From: Thalia democratica
Taxonomy: Eukaryota
Length of the DNA stretch: 64,000 nt
Direction: 5' to 3'
Assembly: GCA_965202585.1 (NCBI GenBank)
Contig: OZ241829.1
Location: 26,350,001 to 26,414,000, forward strand
The notes under the pieces are model-generated. The model worked only from the letters and a program-made list of their open reading frames with translations, ran no database searches and had not been told where the DNA came from. The position numbers and the translations under genes are program-made. Positions 10,501-20,129 of the stretch are shown here, in pieces (position 1 is the first letter of the stretch; every line of letters begins with the position of its first letter).

Positions 10501-13500
10501 AGGTATTTTGCACACCAGGTCTTTGAACTAAAATTTTTGAAGGCTTGTTTTTTTGTCGTTCAATAAACAATTTAATTTAACTTATAAAGTTTACTTGTAT
10601 ATAAATAAAACAGCTTTTAAGAAATATGGTTTTTGCAAGTTGCTGATTTATAGTTTAATTTAATGTGTTATTAAAGTGCTTATCAAAATGAGTTTATAGG
10701 CTAAATAATATATAAAATCTTGTACAAACAATTGCAGCCATAAGCACCTTGTAATGTGTAGTTCTAACTAATTCAAGAACTTTTTTGCAAAAAAAAAAAC
10801 GGGTTTAATGTTTTAAAAAAAACTAACCGTCTTTGCACTGTCCGTTGCACAGCTCTTTTAGGAGTCGCAGACCGACTTTCAGAGGGAACCCGGATCCGGT
10901 GGCTCGGATCACCCGGGGATCGGGCGTGTTGTGGAACTGCGAGATGATTGCTTTTGACGTCACAGTGTTTAATTTTATCATGTACTTGTGCACGTGCACG
11001 TTTTCTATTGGCCGATTCGCCGCCGAGCACAGAACCTGATTGGTGCTCGGAAAGTAACCGTCTTTGCGGACTGCGGAGTTGTAAAACAATTTAATCGATT
11101 TTTACTCTTCGTAAAAAGTTTAATAAAATTGTAAAAATAATAAAGGATCTGTTATTTCAAATAAGCTGAAACTTATTAAATGTTTAGTAAAGCATTGAGA
11201 AGATTTTAGCTCTAGCTGAATTTTAAAACTAACGTTTTTTCATTTCTTTTTGGTGTGTAGAACTTTTATTTTTTGGTACAAAGCAGCTTGCAAGTTCAAG
11301 CCTGGATTTTTCACCTTTTTTGTTCAACTTGTATTTGAAACTAAAAACGTTATTAGATTTGATCAGGTAAGTTTTTTTTTTGGTTAAAAAAACAACAGTT
11401 TAAACAAGTAATTTTTAAAAGTATTACTTTGTCAAAAAAAATTGGAACAAAAATAAAATAAATTAAATCAGTTTAAAGTTTTTATGTTGGTTTATGTTGG
11501 TTGTTTCATTAGTATCATTTATTTAAACAGTAAGTATTTGAAGTCAATCAATTATTAGTTGAAATGGAATTGTTTTTATCCTAAAAAGAATATTTTAATT
11601 AGATATAAGTCGGAAATAATAAAAAAAAATTACGATTACAAAATGATAGAAATGGTTAAAAGGTTCAACAATTATATTTGAATGCAGCTTGTAAATAAAA
11701 GCATTAAATATGTAATTGAAACAGAGTAATCATTTCAAAGATATTGCTTATATATTACAAACATTTAGTTATAAAACTCAGAAACTTTTTTATAACTTCA
11801 TAACTGTCCAATTTCTTTAACAACTATTTTAATAAAACCATTCATAAATTATGAATTATCTCAGTGTTTTTAATATTTTTAGTTACTTTAGTAGTATATT
11901 TCACTGTTTTTCAAACTATATAAATTACACGTACTTTGTATATAAACTTTGTTGTATTTTAATATACTTAAAAAAAAAAAATGATTTCAAACATTTAAAC
12001 ATCTTTGAATGTTAAAGTTTTAAAAAAGCATTTCTTTAGTTTTAAAAACAGTTATATAACATTATGTATACTTGATAGCTTTGGTAGTCAGCTAAAAATT
12101 GAAGTAAAAGCATATTCTTAAAAACTGGATTATTAAAACTAAAATTTTTATAAAATGATATACAATTCTATCTATGTGGGAAATAAAATAAAGGTACTAT
12201 TAAAATCACATTAAGGGTGTTTTGAATTGTATAACAAACCTTTTAGAATTTTTAAAAATAGAATGTCCATACATTTTCAATTAAAAGTATCTTACTTGTA
12301 CTCATAGTCAAAATTGCCGTCTGAAATATTTTTTGTTTTTGTGATGAAAATTTTGCTTGACTTTTTAACATTTCTGGAAACCTGCACCCATTGGTTGTTT
12401 ACGACGTTATCTAAAACATTTTTAAACTAATTGACTTGTTTATAAGTTGTAGTTTAAGAAATTGTATTGTTAGTAAGTAAATTTTAAAAAGTTTTAATGC
12501 CTTATCAAGTAAAAAAGAATAGTACAGCTTTTAATATCCTAAAGTATACGATTTTACACTTAAAACACATTAAAACATTTAAAAAAATTCACCTAGTTGT
12601 TTCAAAACATTTGTTTTTGCTTTATTTCTAACTAATGAATCAAAATTTAAAGTATGAGGAGCACGAACTTTTTTCAACAAAGGTTTTCCCAAGATCAGAC
12701 TTTGGAAGGTTGCTGCATTGAAAACAAGTGTTGCTGTCCTCAAGCAATCCTTTGCAAGATTTATTTTTCGCACAAGCTGCTTCGGCTTGCCTCGTAGTGA
12801 CGTCATCTAATTGTAGTAACGTCAGTAATTTTTTTTGTAGTATTATTTTTTTGAAACGTATTTTTTATAACACAGCAACGACCACAAAAGAAAATGTAGC
12901 GACCAAATGAACAGTTTCAAATACTTAAAAATTCTAAGCGCAGATATATAAGACATTATCGTAAAAATATTCAGTGTTAAATTTTCAAATAAGTTTAAAA
13001 AAATTTAGATCCATTCCATTTTGTTGAGAGAATTATAATTATGATAACAGTATTTTAAAAGTTCGGTTGGATAGCATTATTTACTTAGCGACCAAATTTT
13101 CTTAATAAAACCTGCTACGTTAAACTATTTTATGCCACATTAAAGTTTCAATCAGCTTTAAATGTTATTTAAAAATTTTTAAACTATTTTGAAAATTTGG
13201 AAAGGTTTACTTAATGATCAAGAAAAAATTGGAGTTTGCATATTGTTTTAGATTTACAAAAAATAAAACACCTTTTGTCGTTGTACTAAATGGAAATGTA
13301 GTTGGAAATTTATTTGGTGTATTTGTTGTTGTAGAAACTGATGAAGTTGTTGTAGAAACTGAAATCGTTGTGGGCTTTGTAGTAGGAACTGTTGTTGTTG
13401 TTGTTGTTGTCGTTTTTGTTGTAGTTGTTGCAGTTTTTGTTGTTGTTGTTGTTGCAGTTTTCGTAGATTTTAAAGGAGGAATTTTTGTTATTGGAGTAGA

Positions 13501-15824
13501 AACTGTTGTTAAAGTAATTGTTGTAGGTGTTGTAAAGGGAGCTAGTTCTGTTGTTGTAGATGAATGTGCAGGAATTAAGTTTGTTGTAGTTTTTGTTGAA
13601 GAAGGAACTAATGTTTTTGTTGAAGGAGTTTGACTAGGATATGAAACTTTTGCTGTTGTCGGAATTATTATTGTGTTATCATCTAAACTTAGATAAGGTA
13701 GTCGTAAATATCCAAAGATAGCGAATCCCAAAAGAAAAACTACAACAGGTAAAATTGGGAAAATTATTTTAACTAAGCTAATGTATATTTTTTAAAAATG
13801 TATTTAAATTTAGTTTTAATTTTTTGTCACTATAAAAGTAAATAGAAGTAGCGTTATAAAATTGATTGAAACAACAAAACAAACTATATCATTTCTAAAA
13901 CTCTTATGTAGTAATAAAAATATGTCTTCACAATACATAAGTACCGTTAATTCAAATCGGTTTTTGCAAAGCAGTTTATTTTTTTTGCTTTTGTTTGAGG
14001 TCACATATAATATACAAATCTACTATTGTTAAAAAATTGTATAAATATTATTTTTTATCTAGGATAAGAGTATTTAGAAAATTTCTACACTCTAACTAAT
14101 AAGAAATAAACAACAAACTTATAGAACTTAATAAAGTTTTCTTCCATTTTTTTAATAAGTTTGATTTATGCTTTTTGAAAGATTTAAAACTCTGGATTAG
14201 TATATTAGGTTTGGTTTGAAAGCTTTCATCTATATTTTCTTTAGTTGCTGTTATTGAAAAATAATATTAATGATTTAATCAGTTAATTTAAAAAATTGCT
14301 TAACCTAGTATAAAGAGTTTTTTACAAAATGGTTGCAGTATGTTTTATTTATTACTAGTCTTAATATTAATAGTATTACTAATATTATTTCTAAAACTGG
14401 TAAACAATTTAATTTAAAAGGATTACATGACTACTCGGACAACACAAACTCTTAAAAAATGTTTGGTAGGCCATACCTCTAAAAGTATAAAATATTTTTC
14501 AATGTTTAAAAAAAATCGTTTGTAGATCTTATTAAAATTATGATGTTAAAAAATTAACTAAAATTGAACCTATTAAAAGATAAATTTCAAATTTACTAAA
14601 AGTATGTATATTTTTAAACTCATTTTAGCTACATCTCTAAAAATTTTTAAAACTTTGCAAAAAAATTGGTGAGTAGGTATTAAATATACCTACATACGTA
14701 CTTTTTATTCTTTAAAATAAATATAATTTTATAACTTGTGGCCGTTTATGAAAAATTTCAAGAACTTGAATTATCGTATTTGAAATGTCAGAATTTAAAT
14801 CGTGCACCCCTTTAAAAGTTATCCTATTTATTATCATACTTGCTAATTCAAGTTAAACTATGTAGAAAATTTATGACCGTTTATTTGTTTTTATGTTTAT
14901 AAACTTAACAACTAATTAGAATGAATTATTTCTTTATTCAGTATGGCTTGAAATTAACAACTAATTAGAATGTATTATTTCTTTATTCAGTATGGCTTAT
15001 AATTTAAATCATTGTAAAAAACTTTGTTGTTTTTTAATTTATGTTTAAAAACTCGACGTACATTCGTAATAGTAAAAACTAATAGATTGTATTTTATCTT
15101 CAACAATATACTTAAATAAATTTGTCACATATGTACTAAAAAGTGGAATGTTTAAATCAATATTCTCAGTTTAAGTATCTGTTAATTATGACAGTAAATT
15201 TATCTGAAGTTCAAAACAATTTAGGTGTGACGTCATTATTACTGCGTATATTAATTCTAAAAATCTTACTCCTTAACACTTATACAATTTTTTTGTATTC
15301 GTAGTCGTTCTTAACACTTATACAACTTTTTAGGACTATCAGCAAGCAGTTTTGGATTGAAAAGCTTGACTGCTATAGCTTTTTTTACTGTGAATTCATA
15401 TTTACTTCATTGATCGACTTACGATTTAGCAGTAAGGCAAAGAAAATTATAAATCAAGAAAGTATATTTTGGTTTATATTTGTCCGTTTTAATCACTCCA
15501 TAATTTTCATACTGTTTGGGATATCATAAAGTTATAAATTAAATTTTAGACAAGTTTAAAGCTAAGTTTCTAAGCGTTAAAAAAAGTCATTTTAGTATAG
15601 TTTGGGGTGGTACAACTGAAGCAAGGCCCTGCTTGAAACTTTTTGTAGTTTTTTTTTCTTTTTCTTTTTTCAAGGTGGAGCAACTGCTCTAACGTTCTAC
15701 CTCACGCGTCGACCCTGGTATAAAGTAAAATTAATATATTTTTATTACACTTACATTGATTTTCTTCAACCATAAACGAGCTGCTGTTGTAAGCTTCTTT
15801 TGTATTGTAGAAGCTTGTGTCCAT
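7513..15824 (-). CDS. Membrane-anchored heparin lyase I-like (PL13-like) polysaccharide lyase with mucin stalk, 12 coding exons, ~660-670 aa
   Basis: Phase-consistent GT-AG exons: 15824-15755 (MDTSFYNTKEAY...), 14229-14119, 13772-13272 (TM IIFPILPVVVFLLGFAIFGYL + Thr-rich stalk), 12806-12669 (Cys-rich), 12410-12296 (VVNNQWVQV), 11340-11234 (KSRLELASCF), 11070-10828 (AIISQFHNTPD), 10259-10045 (QKGGYPPLSLSVYNGHLVVKARSD), 8723 or 8699-8471 (WNEIEWRIKWSEY...VGNNAQGRVPYFKL), 8234-8070 (GIYNPSG...), 7796-7712, 7516-7513 (stop). The first two exons and the terminal exon are the least certain. Confidence 0.85.
8774..9164. repeat. Intronic tandem duplication, ~213-bp unit x2
   Basis: ttaaaagtaacgagaat at 8774 and 8989; ctagcaaaattatatttact at ~8929 and ~9141. 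Confidence 0.85.
13272..13700 (-). repeat. Low-complexity Thr/Ser/Pro-rich (ACA/ACT-rich) mucin-like coding tract
   Basis: ORF-track 13207-13731: TTTTTKTATTTTKTTTTTTTTVPTTKPTT. The antisense Val-rich ORF 13214-13633 is its shadow. Confidence 0.9.
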
Positions 15825-17797
15825 TTCTTAGAGAGTAAATTCAAATATACTTATATGTTATAAAAAGCAAATTGTTGAATATTGTTGAACAAAAGCAGAA
15901 AGCAAATACATATTTTTTTTCCTCATTAATAACTATACGTACATAAACTTCAAAGCTAGAATACTAATGAAAACTTTTCTTTACAAAAAAGACTTTTAAA
16001 AATTCTGATTTTTTTTTATATTAGATGCAATGTTGCTAGGAGACATTTGTTTAAAGTTGATTTTAATATTCATATTATTATATCAATTCATTTTGTTTAA
16101 CTTATTCACCTTCTTAATAGTTAATTAATTTTAATTAGTATAGTTAACTAACTATTATTAAACAACTTTCAATATTTATTATTTAAAAGACGTACTTTTT
16201 AGATTTAAAAAATTTCTTCACATGTTTTTAAATGCTTTAATTATATGATAAAATTTAGTTCAAGTTTAATTGAAGTTACGTGTTTTGTATTAGTTGGGTA
16301 ATATGGTATACAACTTTTTAACAGTAAAGTGATTATTGTATTATAAGTTTTCTATTTGTCGTAAACTCTCAAGTTAATTAAAAATTTATATTTTTTTTGT
16401 AGTAATGTATTGACGGAAAGAAAATTATAGATACCAAAATACTAAATTAAAAATATACTTTTCTTCAGAGTTAGCTGACTTTAAAAATATATAGTTATAT
16501 CAGTAAAAAGTTATACAATTATTATAACTTTTGTTTTTGATGAGACACTCAAAAAATAAGAATCAATTTTTTAAAATGAAAGTTTAAAAATATTTTTTCG
16601 GACAAAAGTTCAGTCTTTTATTTTAAAAATAGATCTTTTCAAATAACTAAACTTTTTAACCTTTTTTTTGTCTTTCTAGGCTAGCACTTAATAATTTTTT
16701 ACTTGCACTGAACTAAAATAAATAGAAAATACTACAGAGTTTATCGAAAAGATTATTTATATCAAATATTTGATTGAAATTATTTTTAACTAATTTGAGA
16801 ATAAGACAATTTCACAAAATTTTATTATGATAAGAAAAGTTAATTTTGGATAAAAACTGCAAGTTTTTTTTATACAACTATTCAACATTATATACGAAAG
16901 TGCTTACATTTCATATAAAAAAGATTCTTTTTTGACTCTGAAATACTCGTAAAACGTAGATGCTTTTGAATTATACGCTTAGTATAACATACTCAGTCTT
17001 TTAATGCTTTTTTAGAGCTACTTAAGATACCTAATCTTTTAAATCTTCTTGACATGCGTAGTCTTCTTTTTATATTGTAGTGCTTTAAAGCTTAACTGGA
17101 TTCAACTAATTTATTTTAAATAGTTGAATTTTTACTGATCTATATACTAGTTTAAAAGTTGAGCTTTGTTTATACCAATTTATTAAGCGATAACATTCAT
17201 TTTGAAAAATTTGTCAGTTATTGTTGTTCAAAATGTACATAAGTGTTTAAAAGATTAATTATTTGTAATTCACTAACTAACCTTTTTTAAGACAACTTTA
17301 TACTTATTTTTAATTTTGTATACAACAAATTGGGTACTCTTTATTTTATTAGATAAGATCTCAAAAGTTAAGTGAATAATTCAAGGTTTATTATGAAGAT
17401 AAAAAACCATTTAAGTTATGCTTGTCAATGCTAAGCTATTAGTTTTAATATTTTTACTCGTTAACCATAAAAATGCAACGATGTCATAAGTAGTAGTTTA
17501 AACTTTTTAATTTTCTTCGTCTCGAGTGTTAAGCAACGTTTTGCAAAAAAGAATTGAATAGATTATTTTCTTACAATGATTACAAATGCAAGTTGATAAA
17601 ATGAAAATATAATTTAGACTTAGACTGAAAACTAAGACTCATTAAATATTACTTTTTAATTTACTATTATAAGAAAAAAATCACTACGTTCAAATATAAA
17701 ACCAATGCAAAACAAGATTGATTATTTGTAAATCTTTGTTAAAGACAAAAAAGTTTTTGTAACGTTTTTGTAGCGCTGATCTTCTTGACAAAGTTAC

Positions 17798-17971
17798 CAG
17801 GTTTTTTCAAGGAAATCGCCACACAGTTACTCAAGCGTGATATTCTAACAAGAAACAAGTTTATTCAGTATTCAGCATCCTTTATTTATAGACTTTTGGC
17901 AACCCTTTTTGTTTTGTTCAATAAAAAGGTTTATTTTAGGTTGGGCTGGTTTCTTGAAGTATGTCCTGCTT
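17798..17971 (-). other. Possible non-coding 5' exon of the lyase gene
   Basis: Strong acceptor (ttttttttcag) and donor (ctg|gtaact), stops in all three frames; the first coding exon has an acceptor 2 nt before its ATG (15827), so an upstream UTR exon is expected. Confidence 0.35.
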
Positions 17972-18335
17972 CTGAAAAAAAAATTAACTATATATTACTT
18001 ACTGGATTTTTTAAATGAAAAACATAATTTAACAGATTTGTTTGAGCTTTGTTTTCTTACTTCGTTTTATATTGAACGTTAAATACTTGATATACATTAT
18101 TCTTAGTTTTTGAATCTACTTGCACGTTTTGTATTTAGTGTTAATAGAAAACAGTTAGTACTTCTATTACAAAAAAATTAAACCTTTTATTTGAGATTAA
18201 AAAGAAATACTTATTTATGTTTATTGTATTTTAAGCCTTATAAGCTACAGTATACAAAAATTGTCAGCACGAAACAAAAACACAGTTCAAATTACAAAAT
18301 AAGTAATAGTTTCAAAAAACTTGTTTGTTAAAGCA

Positions 18336-19560
18336 CTATTTTCCCAACTAACTTTAAAAACACATTGTTATTTTTTGTTATAAAACTAGTATACTCAGCA
18401 AAAAAATATGCAATTCAAAAGAGTTTTAAATGCTCTAAGTTCAAATTACACATATGTAAAATTCTTATACAATAACTTTCTAATGCGTAGTTAAAGCTAT
18501 TTACATTTTTTTAAATTTGTAGACTGTAAATACTATAAAATATGTTCAAATAATGATAAAAGTAACCTGTGTTATAGTTACCATTATTTTATTAGTAATA
18601 TGTCTCATGGATAAATCTATTCTAAATTTTTTAACTTGGTTTCATTTAATCAAATTTAGTTTAAAAAAGCTTAGTTTTGCTTTAATAGACAGTTGTTTTA
18701 TTATTTAATATTTTTTACTTAAAGCAGTTATTTTGGCAAAATGAAGACTAGAGAACAAAAAATGATACATCATCAGTGTTTTAAGTTTTTTTTATATTAT
18801 TTTTTTTTTAAATAGTTTATTACAAATATCATTGTTAGTAGTAAAATATTTTTCAGTACAAAAAAAAAAATATTTACTTAAAAGCTTATGTTTTAAAATA
18901 GTTTAAAGAAATGATCAAATAACATTTTACAATTAGCAAGTTGGGTGAAAAACTATTTTCCCAAACAACTTTAGAAACACATTGTTATTTTTTGTTATAA
19001 AACTAATATACACAGCAAAAAAATATGCATTTCATAAGAATTTTAAATACTCTAAGTTCAAATTACACATATGTAAAGTTTTTATACAATAACTTTTTAA
19101 ATGCGTAGTTAAAGCTGTATACATTTTTTAAATTTGTAGTCTGAAAATATATTCAAACAGTTATAAAAGTAACTTGTGTTACAGTTACTATTATTTTATT
19201 AGTAATATGTCTCTTGTCTAAACCTATTCTAAATTTTCAACATGGATTCATTTAATCAAATTTAGTTTAAAAAAAGTTTAGTTTTGCTTTAATAGACAGT
19301 TGTTTTATTATTTACTATTTTTTACTTAAAGCAGTTATTTTGGCAAAATTAAGACTAGAAAACAAAAAATAATACATTATCAGTTTTTTAAGTGTTTTTT
19401 ATATTATTTTCATTTTATAAAAAATAGTTTATTCAGATATCATTGTTAGTAGCTAAATATTTGCCAGTAAAAAAAAAAAAATTTACTTAAAGGCTCATGT
19501 TTTAAAATAGTTTAAAGAAATGATCAAGTAACATTTTACAATTAGCAAGTTGGGTGAAAA
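18336..19560. repeat. Tandem duplication, ~617-bp unit x2
   Basis: ctattttccc...ttgttataaaacta starts at 18336 and 18953; both units end in caagttgggtgaaaa. Confidence 0.9.
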
Positions 19561-19705
19561 TTTTTTTTATAAATTTAATTTTCTTAGCTTAATTAAATCT
19601 TAAAGTTCTCAAGTTGCTATTTCAAAATGTTCAAAACATAAGATATAAAAATATTATGACAACTTTGTTACTTTATAAGTTTGTAAAATCTTATCTAGTA
19701 GTTAT

Positions 19706-19815
19706 AAAATAAATATGCTTGTAAAACAAAAGTTAATAACGATAATTGAATTACTTCCAACAATGTATTAATTCAATTATCGTTATTAAATTTTGTTTTA
19801 CTTGCATATTTTTTA
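19706..19815. repeat. Near-perfect hairpin, ~41-bp arms, ~15-nt loop
   Basis: atatgcttgtaaaacaaaagttaataacgataattgaatta (19713-19753) versus taattcaattatcgttattaaattttgttttacttgcatat (19769-19809). Confidence 0.85.
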
Positions 19816-20129
19816 AAAGATTTTGTTGAACAACATCATAACTAGTTTAAGTTTCTATTATATAAATATTCAAAATTGTTTAAAATTTCATTTAAGTTTT
19901 GAAAAAGAACTATTTAAAATGTAAAATACATTTATGTTAAGTTGCAAATGGTACTTAAATTGTTGTTTAGATTTTGTATACTTTTCATTCTTGACTCTAA
20001 CTTATAGTTTATTTTCTCAAAGTAACAGCAAGCAGTTGATATCATTTTTTTTGCATAACTAGCAAACATTAGTTATTATAGAGTAAATTAATTACATCAG
20101 ACATATAATAATAGTGTACTTGAATTAAC

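Noticed and set aside
9879-11089. Overlapping ORFs 9879-10136, 9955-10371, 10773-11030, 10833-11039 (and 8503-8718)
   Set aside because: Alternative-frame or antisense shadows of GC-rich lyase exons.
8358-11089. Bacterial contamination as the source of the lyase-like sequence
   Set aside because: The domain is split by canonical, phase-consistent GT-AG introns with host-like AT content and host repeats, and is fused to a TM/mucin exon.
13214-13633. 139-aa Val-rich plus-strand ORF
   Set aside because: Antisense shadow of the Thr-rich mucin exon.
13816-14022. ORF 13816-14004 as a lyase-gene exon
   Set aside because: Splice phases do not fit cleanly with neighbours without assuming a weak donor or a homopolymer error; 14229-14119 joins 13772 directly in phase.
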